Source: Tubiluchus corallicola (Eukaryota; Animalia; Priapulida). Taken from it: a stretch of 64,000 bases of DNA. The notes beneath the pieces were generated by a model. The model was not told where the DNA came from. It was given only the letters and a program-made list of their open reading frames with translations, and did not search any database. The stretch is from NCBI GenBank assembly GCA_030141605.1, contig JAQGDQ010000106.1, positions 310,001-374,000 on the forward strand. The letters are read 5' to 3'. The position numbers were made by a program, and so were the translations under genes. Shown piece after piece: positions 13,001 through 24,245 of the stretch. The number at the start of each line of letters is the position of its first letter. Position 1 is the stretch's first letter.

Positions 13001-16000
13001 TTCTTTAGTATCAGAATAATCATTTTAACAATCAGAAAGCAGTAAAGAAATCTAGTTAACAATATATACGAACAACTTTACTCTACGGCAAATGATGCTT
13101 AATTTCAGGAAAGTACCAAGCAGCATCTAACAAAAGCAATGTTAATTACTCACATAATTTTTCAACATTAAATTTCCCAATATAAAAACAACAGCAAAAG
13201 ACTAGGTTACTATTTCAATATTTGTGAAGTTATCTCAGCAGCTTCACACACCTTGACATCTGGTTTCCACCAATCTGGTTCTATTGCCTTAGCACCAATT
13301 TTCTTGTCATTGTTATGTATGTTTAAAGTACGATTGACTGCATCCAGAACACGTAACAGTCCCAGACCGTGCCGCCCGACATGCCCTCTCATCTTACCCA
13401 CGCTTTTTCCAGACTCATTTACCACTTTTGCATCAGGTTCGACAACATCACTCTCTTCAAACAAAAACAAGGGCATCAGTCGTTTTCTAGTAACACCCGT
13501 ATGATGTGTTCTTGCTGTTAGTTCTTGTCCAATGTAACATCCCTTGCAGAAGCTCACGGCATGCAAATAGTCACCGTTTGCTTCAAGTGGGAAACATGCG
13601 CCAGTTGGATGATTTAACACCCCTTCACCCACACCCAAATTATATCGGTACCGCTCATAGTAGTGGCTGTCGTCTGCTTCTTTACACTCTTGTATCACAG
13701 TAGTTCCTGACACACCTTCTGGAAGAATGATTCTATAACCTAGGTGTGATACCCGTGGATCTGAACAAGAGAAAACACAGTCTGAGGTAGATATATGATA
13801 TTGCTTTTCAACACATGGAATCACAACCCATGCTTTTACTTCTGCACTAACATCAACTATGTCGACTTTCTTTCTAATGCGATATTTTTTGACGTGTTTT
13901 ATTAAATCGTTGATGATATCCTTATCGCATTCTATCAAATGTTTGTCGTTGTCCTCTCCTAAACGATAGATAATCATATCCCAAAGAATACGGCCTTGAA
14001 TATTTAGCATAAATGCATGTAAACTTTGTTGCAGTGAGCTGGCTTGACAGAAATTTCTATCGAAACATCGCATGTCGTTTGTAATCAAACCTTGAAGCAG
14101 CTCAGCAGAATCTTTCCCAGAGAGTCTTACCAAACCTCTTTGCTGAAGCTGTTGTGTTACATGACTATCACAAGAATGGTCACTTCTACACAAAATGTTA
14201 CTACATGTTACTTTGAGAGAAGCAACAATCTTGTTTGGAAAATGAGATTTTCCTAAAGTCCTGTCTAGACTTCTGCAAAATATTTGCTTGCTGATGCTAG
14301 TAATCATGTTTGAATACTATATAAAGCTATGAAATTTGTATGCATTCTTGTTTTAGATACTGCCTTTAGCATTTGTTTTACACACAGCAGTATCATCACC
14401 GCAACAGCATCAATTTCCTGTAAAAATAATACAAACATTAAATTCTAAGGATCGCCTAGAGCTCATAGTGACAGAACTAAAAACAGGATGTCAAATTTGC
14501 TTAATCTGTATGATCTCTTCTAGCACTTATAAGTGAAGTAAAAATAAAAGATAAAGAGCCACACAAAATGAGTCACATTTTATAATGCTAAACAAACATG
14601 GTGACACCCTGGCATGTTGCTATTCACTCACATTACGGGTTTTTAACACTAAAAGCCATAGTTCGGATGGGTTTTTCATTAGTCTAAATACATCCGGAAT
14701 TTGCCAAAGCTGAAAAATAAATTAATGTAAATTGTCGAATAGTTTTTAGCAGTAGAAGGTAGTTTTGACCTCCATGGTGTTAAGGTAGATTGGAGAAGGT
14801 GTTAATGATGTGAAGTATTTCACTCAGCTGATAAATCTTAAAGATGTTTTTAGGATATTGCAAGTGAATGCAAATGAACTGCAAAAAAGAGAGTGAGTTT
14901 TGTGAAATGAGCAGCCTCAATGGACAAAAAACTGAACATCTTGGGTGTAGAGTCATTGAAATGAATTGTATTTGTCCAGTTTTATAGATTTTAGAGAGTT
15001 TTAGAGATTACAAGATTTTCTCTGGAATCTTTTATCACTGATTAAAAGAGAAATCTACAGGTGTGTGGTAACATGGCAATTTGATAACAATTAACTTACA
15101 ATGAGCGAATGTATTTTTTCATTATTTCTTAACTAAAATGTGACAACAAACAAATAAGTAATTTAGACTTCGTTTTAATTAAGATGATTCACAGAAATGT
15201 CTGAAATTTGTTAAAATAGATGTGAATAAACTAACAAGCTTCGTTCAAGTTAAGGTCTCCAAAATAACTTTTTTGGGGTACTGTCCCAACCAAAGTCCGG
15301 ATAGGTTGGTGCAGATAATTGGGGTTCACATAATCTTGGTTCTACTGTAGCAACCAGTTTTGTTGGCTTTTAAATTAGACAGCACAGTTATACCAACATA
15401 TAATCTATCAGCAGAAAGAAACTTCTGTGTCACTTAGTCATCATCTAAGTGATTGGCAAACCTGGTAAAGAAGGGTAAACCAAAACGTACATAAAATAAT
15501 ATTTCAGTAATGCATAATTGTGAAATGAGCGATTGTAGTTGGAGAGCCAGCTAACATGCCAGGTGTTAAATTTTTGTATCCGGCACGACCCTCGTTCTTT
15601 GTACATTGTTGGTGGTCTTGTTGTTACAGGCCACAGTTTTCACATAAAAGTTGAAATTTTGCATGATACTACGTATCACTGTGCAGACCAGATGACATTT
15701 TCTCTTTCCCACATGGCCTGCAAATATCATTAACTTGCCCCTTAATAGCTTGTTAAGTGGATCTGCTTGTTAGTGGATTATGTGCACTGTTTAGTCAAAC
15801 TTATTTTATGTGATGTGTGCCGAATCAAAGCACATTAATTATTAGTGCTTCCATTTTTGTTGATTGTGACAGCCATTGCAACTTCAGATGTTTCAGTGAT
15901 TCTCCACTTTGTCAGTATCTCCAGCGAGCACCCCTGCACTCTGTAATTTAACACAGTTTCCATTCCATATCATATGACAATCTTTTTCTTCCTTCAAGAA

Positions 16001-19000
16001 TTCTTCTTTATCGACCTTCATCTTCTACTTTTCAGTCGCCTCTTCATACTGACAACTGTCATTACTTATTGTTCTCCTGTGTTCTAATATATGGCTTAAC
16101 CTTCGACACTTTTTAGCACTTCAACACACAAGTGCTCGTAATATTTGTCACATTAATATCACTCACCACATGCTGAGTTTTTTCACCACAGAAATAAAAG
16201 TGTTTCTTGCTCTCTGTTACACAAATCATGCTTTAGATTATCTTTACATTGCAAAGTCACTATCAGGAAACACTGAAACTGCGTTAATTTTGCCATAATA
16301 AACTATTTTATTTTTGAAACAGTACAAAAGTTTCAAAGCAGCAGACTGTCATTCATCAGCTTAAGGTGGTAACGTTATGCTGACTCCAACTGGGAAGCCC
16401 AGATTGGGCGAAGGCTAACAGTAAATAGTAATGTCACAAGTAGGATGCAGAGTGTGAGAGAGGGGAGTGTTCGCACAACTGAAGCCATAGTGCTCTTACA
16501 CTATAATCCTTTTAAAATTACATTTAGCTTCAACCATACTATTTAATCTCACTTGGAGTTGGAGTGTACTCTCAACGTTTATATTTTACAGCATTACCAG
16601 CGCACCGAAGTGTGTCCCATTGATTCCAAATCTATGTATACTGTAGGGCGCCGGGTAACCCACTAGCTGAAGTAGGACACTTCCGGTAAAATGCATGTGC
16701 TAAATTTGCGGAAAAGCAATGTCGTACATGGGCAGCCCAAGTAGGGCACTAGCGATTTCTGTCAAGAATCGAGATCTATGACATAATAAAACATAAAACT
16801 AAATTTGTTTTACAAAAAAGTAGCTTTTTAATAATGATGGATAGTCCTTGACCATTTACAAATGTATTTTTACAACAATATCATCATTATTATTAGCTCC
16901 ATTAATAATTATCATCATAACATTAAACTAAGTAAGTATCTAATGCTTTAAAGAGAGAAACTACGTAGGGCACATAACTTGCTAAGGCGCTATTACACTT
17001 TCGCACCGCCTAGCTTTTCCTGGCCTATTGGTTCTTTTCACGCCTGTAGGCCAGAAAGCAGACCAACAGGGGTAATATACACCATATTCCCATAATATTA
17101 GTGCTTTTTACGCTTTATAATTCCAGATTAAAATCATACATTACTTATCGCCGCCATTACGCAAAAAGCTGCACGTGAATAACCGTGTTTACACCACTAA
17201 TGCGAAATCGCTTTCGCGCAGTGACGTAGTGGCCCTTAACCTGTATTTTTAGTTTTTTTGCATAATTTATGATTATTATGGTTGCAGCCACGGGAGTTTG
17301 TATCATATTACAGTGTTCCCACATATTAGATTATAAAAGTAAAGGTTTTTTCTTTATTTCGTAAATGCAATTAAGATGAAAGTGTGTCACTTGCCTTTTA
17401 AGCTAGGCCCTGATAATGCATAAACTAGTACGAAATTCGTCACGTGACTACACACACAAACAAGATGGCGATACTGTGTAGAACTGTGAATACAGCGTAA
17501 TTATTGGTAATTATACCTAAATAAATGATTAAATTACAATTAGATTAGCGGAAACATTCACTGATGACGTAAGGATAATCGAATAATGACCTACGGGCCT
17601 AGAAACGAGTAATAACCTAGGAAAAGCTAGGCGGTGCGAAAGTGTAATAGCGCCCTTGCTAACCGTTTACTTAGTAGAAAACAATTATTTGTACAAGAGG
17701 GAGTGAAGCAAGACCAAATGAAAAATTATACCTTAAGCAAATGTTGGAATCGCCTAAAAAGTGCGCTTATTTCACTTCAAAGAAGATTAATATTGGCAAA
17801 ATTATACTAACTCAGAATAAAATTCGTTTATTTTATCAGCTGTATAATAAATTATTCAACGTGTATTGACGTTTTTTATTATTATTATTACATAAACATG
17901 GACAACAGACGGTGCCAGTACGCTTAACGATTCAATTCGCGACCTGTCTCTAGTGTCCTACTTGGGCAGCCCATGTACGACGCGTCCTACTTGGGCTAGC
18001 CCATGTACGACAATTGTCCTACTTCGGCTAGTGGGTTACTCGGCGCCCAACATATACGACTAAATGAACAACCAAGTAATATTTACCAAAATCAGTGAAG
18101 AAATAATGTACGTAGTTAACTGGAATTTACCTGGTGAATACATCACCGGTTGGCCATTATCCACTACAGTTCTACTAGCGGCATCGTGTACTTGCAGAAT
18201 AAATGAAAGATTTATGAAGCTGCTGCCATCTAACAACTAAAAGTTGCAATATTTTTTTCCAGTAAACTACTGTAATAAATGAATACAAAATTTTAGTACT
18301 TACTACATGAAAATGTAGTGAAACTTACTCTGATGACATAGAAAGTTTTACGCGCTATTTAGTGTTACATTTTTTCTTCTTTTTGTACCAGTTTGCTTGT
18401 CCCTATTATGCTTCTTTTTGGTATTTTCAGTAAATATTTTGTTAAATTAAGTCAAATTTGCGTATTTTCATAATAATTATGCAACAATTCAATTTTTATA
18501 GTACAATAATCACTGAACCCAGCCCATTATAGAAAAGTGACTGGGACCAGAATAATCCAAGGTAGACAGGGGACAGAAACCAGTAATACTACTTTTATGA
18601 TTTATTTTAACTTCTCAGTTTTACAGAATGAAATTTGGAAATCAAAACTTGAATTACTGTAATTTTTTTCAAAATATTTACTCTTGATCTTACTATCATC
18701 AAAATTTTATTATTAAAATCTTGTTGTTTGTATTGTACCATATTTTTGCGTAACAAAAGTATAATTATGGTCCTATTTAGTTTTTTCTTAGCTTTAGCTT
18801 TATGAAGTGCATTTCCTTTCAGAAACTATTATAAAGCAGTTGAGAATCTGCCAAATACCGTAGAAGATTGCCTGCAGTTGCTGAAATCAGATGCCATGTT
18901 TCTTACACTGAGCAATATAACTGGTCTGGCTCTTCACGAGATGGCAAAAGAGAGTGATTGTGATAGTGGCAAAGGGTAAGAGATCTAGTTTTTGTTAGGT

Positions 19001-20985
19001 AAAACTATGTGCAAAATCATGTATGTTAGATTTCTCATTACAGATGCTGTAACAACCAAGACTTTGGGCACAAGAAAAACGAGCATGCATGTAGTGTTTA
19101 GCTCTGTGTAATAAACACATCTTCGTGAAGTTTTTTTAATTTGAATTTAAGAAAAAGTATTGAAAGTAAAAATAAATTGTACATTACAATATTAAACCCT
19201 ACACATGGTTTTTACGTACTTTATTAATTTTTTTTGCCAATTTTAGGGATGCCAATAATGATGATCTTGACCATACTAGACAAGGTAAACCTTTAATCAT
19301 TTGTCAGTCTGTTCATAATAATGGAATCTGCAGGAGATTTTCAGTTATGTCACATCATTACCCCAAATAAAAGTTGTGTTATTTTCGTGATTACTGACAG
19401 CGAGTTGCACATGCATAATTATACTGTACTGCTGGAATTTGAAGTGGTTTCTGAAGAAATAATTTGAACAGATTTATTATAAGGAAATAATTTATCGTGC
19501 AAAAACTTGGACTACCTTCTAACTTTCAGACAAATATTGTAATGTAGCAAAACATCGTAAGTGTACAAAGGCCAGCAAGCTTTCTTGACTAAGAAACTAG
19601 CTAATCTTCACATGCATTTGAAATCTATGATGATAGAACTGTGGTCAATGAATAAAATATCTGACCGAGCACAGCTGACAAAATCAGCAACTATCAAATT
19701 TTGTTTAGCTCTTTCTGGAGTTGCAACAACCAGCTACCTACTCATACACTTTTTCTAACTTATTACTTTTTAGTTGATGAATGTTAGACCATATTGCTGT
19801 ATTGTTTTAAAATCAACTGTAGCAATAACATGAATGTGCATTGCTGGGTTGCCATTGCTAAAATGGTTGCCCCTGCTTGCACATTTCAGTTGCTTCCTTC
19901 CGTGATTGTTCCATTTCAAAACAAGTTTAATGCAGCAAATCGATTTCTTTTCCACAATTTTACCTTGGGACCGATGTGGCATACATTTTACTGTCAATCA
20001 ATCAAAAGACCATCATGACTGCTGCCTCAATAGCTAGAAATAGCAAAGAAGCCTATTTGTATAGGTTTTAGTAAAATCTTCATAGTACAAAATAACACTT
20101 ATTTTTGTATCTTTGTATTTGTACATTAACTGTAGATAAAGTCAGAAATCCCCGGTGCTATGGCGAGTTACGGCGCTGGGAGCAGGGTTGCTATACAATG
20201 CTCACTGACTTTGACGCTACAAGCACACAATATACTTTAGATTCGTTTCTTTTTTGTAGCTGTTCAGGTAACTATTTCAAACTTGCTATGCCTATTTTTC
20301 ATTGTTAAATGATGTCAAACATATTTTTTATATGGCAAAAGCTTTTATTTGTCCCACATTTTAAAATTTTCGAGAACTTGTTTTTTAAAAAGAAATTGAA
20401 AATTGTGTTGTTCTCAAATCATGATTACTGACATGTAAACTGTATGTTGCACTACTAATGTTTCATACATATGCTATTGTACATGATACTAAACACCTCT
20501 GCAAAACCATTGCGTTACAGAGTGGAAGACTGAATATGGCGGTTTTACTTCTTATATTGCTAAAGGTGAAGATGAGGAGGTGAGCTGACTTATTATTAGC
20601 ATGATGTTCTCAGTTCAGCTAATTAGGCATGAAACTGCAATTAGTATGTATGTACGTAACAGAAATATGCCAACAAACAAAAGCCTCTGGGCAAAGGTAC
20701 ACATTACTTTAGTACATCATAAAACGGTTATTCACAATATTACACTCTCAGCAGTAAACTTTTTACCACACCTTCTCAAACAGTTTCAGATCAGCCGAGT
20801 TTAAGGTTTTGATTACAAAATTATACTGCTTTTTTCAGCTCCTCACCATCACACCATCTGACAATTCCCTGGCTCTAGTTTACTGTGATAAAGACACGCT
20901 ACGATTTGTCAAGTATGTCAACCACAGGAGTCGGGAAAGTTCGCGTGCGAAATTTTATGATTTTGCATTTATGTATCTAGAGTGA
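4070..20985 (+). CDS. OGFOD1: Prolyl 3-hydroxylase OGFOD1 (Tpa1/Sudestada1 family, Fe(II)/2-oxoglutarate oxygenase acting on ribosomal protein uS12/RPS23); 14 coding exons, ~505 aa
   Basis: Exons, all GT-AG and phase-consistent: 4070-4229, 4906-5054, 5254-5300, 6491-6591, 7507-7623, 8503-8594, 9415-9543, 10160-10273, 11304-11383, 18823-18975, 19247-19284, 20136-20267, 20521-20579, 20839-20985 (1518 nt). Translation shows family motifs [33 protein letters not shown] (HxD iron ligands), [12 protein letters not shown] (distal His), RLSVNGWF (2OG-binding Arg), GPPNKR and [39 protein letters not shown]. An acceptor at 4052-4053 suggests an upstream non-coding exon. Confidence 0.93.
10485..10565. 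repeat. Imperfect (GT)n/(GTGC)n microsatellite
   Basis: gtgtgtgcatgcgtgtgaaggtgtgtgtgtgtgcgtgtgcatgcatgtgagtgtgtgcgc seen directly. Confidence 0.8.
13210..14307 (-). CDS. IBA57: IBA57 / CAF17-like mitochondrial [4Fe-4S] cluster assembly factor (YgfZ/GcvT family), 365 aa, single coding exon nested antisense in OGFOD1 intron 9
   Basis: Longest non-repetitive ORF in the window. Has [32 protein letters not shown], the family signature [25 protein letters not shown] and a basic, presequence-like N-terminus. Confidence 0.95.
   Translation of the reverse strand: MITSISKQIFCRSLDRTLGKSHFPNKIVASLKVTCSNILCRSDHSCDSHVTQQLQQRGLVRLSGKDSAELLQGLITNDMRCFDRNFCQASSLQQSLHAFMLNIQGRILWDMIIYRLGEDNDKHLIECDKDIINDLIKHVKKYRIRKKVDIVDVSAEVKAWVVIPCVEKQYHISTSDCVFSCSDPRVSHLGYRIILPEGVSGTTVIQECKEADDSHYYERYRYNLGVGEGVLNHPTGACFPLEANGDYLHAVSFCKGCYIGQELTARTHHTGVTRKRLMPLFLFEESDVVEPDAKVVNESGKSVGKMRGHVGRHGLGLLRVLDAVNRTLNIHNNDKKIGAKAIEPDWWKPDVKVCEAAEITSQILK
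15534..16200 (-). mobile_element. Possible highly decayed Gypsy-type gag remnant
   Basis: Begins TGTAGTTGG. Minus-strand fragments resemble a gag zinc knuckle (ICRPCGK..H...C across a frameshift) after a purine-rich stretch. No intact ORF. Confidence 0.2.
16642..18052. mobile_element. Non-autonomous TIR DNA transposon, family A copy 2 (TGT...ACA, 5-bp TSD), interrupted by a nested element
   Basis: TIRs tgtagggcgccgggtaacccactagctgaagtaggacac / tgtcctacttcggctagtgggttactcggcgcccaaca. TSD TATAC at 16637-16641 and 18053-18057. Internal sequence matches the reverse complement of 2899-3826. Confidence 0.85.
16986..17654. mobile_element. Nested MITE with GG...CC termini and 8-bp TSD (Merlin-like signature)
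   Basis: Near-perfect ~35-bp TIR ggcgctattacactttcgcaccgcctagcttttcct / aggaaaagctaggcggtgcgaaagtgtaatagcgcc. TSD CTTGCTAA at 16978-16985 and 17655-17662. Absent from family A copy 1. Confidence 0.85.
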
Positions 20986-21938
20986 AAGCTACCAAGAATT
21001 AAGAATGGTTGCCACGTTTTTGAGAAGCATATTAGCTAAGCAGAGAACTTTCTTGTAACATGCATAGCTAAAATTGTTTGTAAACCGAGATAAAAAGTAC
21101 TACGAAAAATCTGCAAGCCTTAATACGTCTGTAATAATTGTAAATTTGCTAGTTAATACAATGAATTTTTTAATTTAAAATTTATGAGATTTCCATCTAC
21201 ACTACTGGCCACACCGCAAAATGCACGACCACAATATATTTGCATATAAATGTTGAAATATAATTTTATTTATTCTACAAGTGCTTCATTTCAAAAAATG
21301 TAAACATAATTATCTGAACAAGACACATTACATTATTTTAAGACAATAATAATTAGTACAATAAACAAGAAAGTGTATCCATATTAATATAAAACAAACG
21401 GTCTTGATAGAGCCCCAGCACAAAAAATAAATTGAAATGTTATTAATAAGTGCATGTCCCTCCGTTAAACAAGAAGCTACAATTTTGCCATCTAAGATAG
21501 CTATGCATCTCCATATAGTAAGCCTAACAAGGCTAAGAACTATTACGGCAAACATATTTTACAATAGGGTTTGAAAAAGGAATTCGTACACATGAACCTA
21601 TTATCAATTGCAATAAAACTTGTATACTAAATTGTGAAGGCAAAATTACTATGAAAAGGGACTGCACCAAAAAACGGACATCAAAGTGTAAAATGGACAC
21701 AAAGCATAAAACAACTGATATGAAATACAGCAGAGTTATGCATTTTTCCTCCCGAATTATGTAAAATTGTCACCACTGATTACTACAAACTTGGGTTAAA
21801 TATACATCATATGAATGCATGAGTTAGCTGCTACAAATTCCTGCGATATAGTTGCTCGCATGGATACTGTCTGAAGCCAGAGATTCTGTAAGTCTAAGAG
21901 ATGGGAACTTTTGCAACCAAGGTATAAGACACTTAATC

Positions 21939-22080
21939 AATTTAGCATTTTTCAAAAACCCCAAAAGGGAGATTACAGAACAAATCGTACCAATTTTCAA
22001 AAAGTTCTTCAATTTATCATTTTCCAAAAACCCGCAAAGGAAGATTACAAAACAAATCGTACCAATTTTTAAAAAGTTCT
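21939..22080. repeat. Tandem duplication of a ~72-bp unit (2 copies)
   Basis: aatttagcatttttcaaaaaccccaaaagggagattacagaacaaatcgtaccaattttcaaaaagttct repeated with a few substitutions. It explains the duplicated peptide in ORFs 21824-22105 and 21852-22154. Confidence 0.85.
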
Positions 22081-22102
22081 GCAAGGTCTTGCATATACAG
22101 TA

Positions 22103-22406
22103 CACTGTTCCCTCACTTATCGCAGTTGTTCCGTTCCAGGCCCACCCGCGATAAGTGACTTTCTGCGAAGTAGGGACGCTATAGTTATTTTAGTAATTAT
22201 ACATTATTTTAAGTCTTTATAAACCCTCCCCACACTCTTATACATAACCCTTTCCCATTCCCTTAATAACTTTTCCCATACTGAACATGTACCTTTTAAA
22301 AAACTTTACAACACTAAAACCTAGATACGTAATTTTGACGGTGTACAAAAACCCGCGAAACAGCGAGTCCGCGATAAATGAACCTCGAAGTAGGGAGGGA
22401 ACACTG
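22103..22406. mobile_element. Tc1/mariner-pogo (Tigger-like) MITE
   Basis: TA|cactgttccctcacttatcgc ... cgaagtagggagggaacactg|TA. TA TSD, with internal subterminal repeats ccgcgataa / gcgaagtaggga. Confidence 0.75.
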
Positions 22407-24245
22407 TACAACTAATATTAACTGCATGACATAGTGGAATTCGTTAGTTTTTTTGTGTATCTCATAGTCATAGTGATAATTTTATACATAATGCTATGCT
22501 AAGTACATCAATTCACAAGTTAAAAATTTTGTATACAAAAATAGAGAACATTTAAATACAAAAGACAAAAAATATTCAACTTTTGCCTTATTTAGCCTAA
22601 TGAGAACAATCATTAGTTTCTTTAAAATCGTCATCACATATTCCACCGTGTATTTTGATCCCAAGACATTCACCACTGAGCTGACAGAGGAACAATAAAT
22701 GACAGCTTTGCATTTTTTGGTCTACCACTAAATACTTCAACAATTACAAAATGGTCAGTATAGGCTAATAATAAGCCTTTAAATGCCCACATAAACATGC
22801 CAAGCTTAATATTTTCCTGTCACTGAAACCTCAAACAAGTGGTGTAACATTAACAACAAACAAAATAGAACAACTTATCACAAAATAATATTCACAAACA
22901 TTGAAAATAATTTCCCCACCATGTGCCCTATTTAACATAACAAAATTTCTTATAAAAAGCAGGTGTAGTGAGATAGTCTGCAGGTTGATAATTATTTGAT
23001 TACTAGCTAATATCTTCATTTCTATGAAAACAAAGATAATTAACTAAAAAAATTAGATGAATGCAGTAAATGACTGACAAGATTAACATGCAACCTCGTA
23101 CTTCTACTACAAGTGGTGTGAAAAGGCTATAGTGTGCCAACTGCCAATGCTAGTCTACATATTTGAAATAGTTTGATGTTAGCTCATTTAGAGTTTTCAG
23201 CATGTTGCTGATAACCTGGTAAGAGAAGGGGCAACAGCTGTACCTTTATGAACACCAGTTACGGATATTAGTCAACTTTAAAAAAATTTTGCAAAAGTAA
23301 ATGCAAGGCTGTTTGAATCAGAGAAATATGAGACTTTGTACAAAACGCCAAGCTTATTTCACCTATAATTTTACACATCACCTCCATTATAAGTTTCCCT
23401 GCTAAAAATGAACTATGATAATTTATAGCTGCTAGAATATTAATTCAAAATTAGTATGTACCGCATTTATTCGTTTAGGGCCTGTGCTTTTTTAAGTGCC
23501 CAAGGAAACAGGGAAAAAATAATATATGCCTTTGTTTGAAAAGCTATCTGCCCACATATTAATATGATGAAAAATGCTATGTGTCAATCTTAGCTGACTC
23601 GTTAAATTTTACTGATTCTGCAATAAGATTAACACATAACTCAGTAAACACTATCATATGCTTGTCTATTAATGTAAAGAGATCGTTCTAAAATAATTTA
23701 CTGTTTAGTTTTCTGATTTATTTACTCTACTTGCCAGACAGCTTGGAAAGCATGCATTGTATTGTTTCTGCAAATTTCGCAAAGTCTAATGCTCTAGTAA
23801 CTCTACAGTGTACTCTCGTCTTTCGGTTTCAACTGGACAGCTATGAGCACAGCCGATACACAGATGAAAACATGTGCAGCATGAAAAAAATGTTTTAATG
23901 TACCTCCTAGTATTCATTGCTATGGTGTTTCAATAAGGATATTTATAAGCTAAAAGAAACAAGCGCATATTCAAGTTAAGTCCGGGTAGTTTCACTAATT
24001 GAAAAAATGAGGAACCTGCCCTAGAACAAGTAAATATAGCACTTAGGGAAAACTAAAACACTAACAATGCATTATCCTTAATTAGCAGGCAGCTGGCAGA
24101 TTCAGTGAGCAACAAACAGATGAACAGATGATTGGCTGCATTGGTCGCTAACTAACAAAAGATTGGCTACAAGAGAAACGAGCTCACAAAATGATTGGCC
24201 ATTATGTAATAAACTACCAGACTAATGGCTGGTTCAGTCAATCAG

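Larger units (their letters stand above)
14308..18230 (-). other. Probable spliced 5' UTR of IBA57: exon portion 14308-14417 plus a candidate non-coding first exon at ~18131-18230
   Basis: On the minus strand there is an acceptor attatttttacAG|gaaattg (AG = 14418-14419) and a donor caccag|GTaaat (GT = 18129-18130). Joining them is inference and the transcription start is approximate. Confidence 0.45.

Noticed and set aside
13253-14256. Plus-strand ORFs overlapping IBA57
   Set aside because: Antisense shadows of the real coding sequence with no recognisable motifs.
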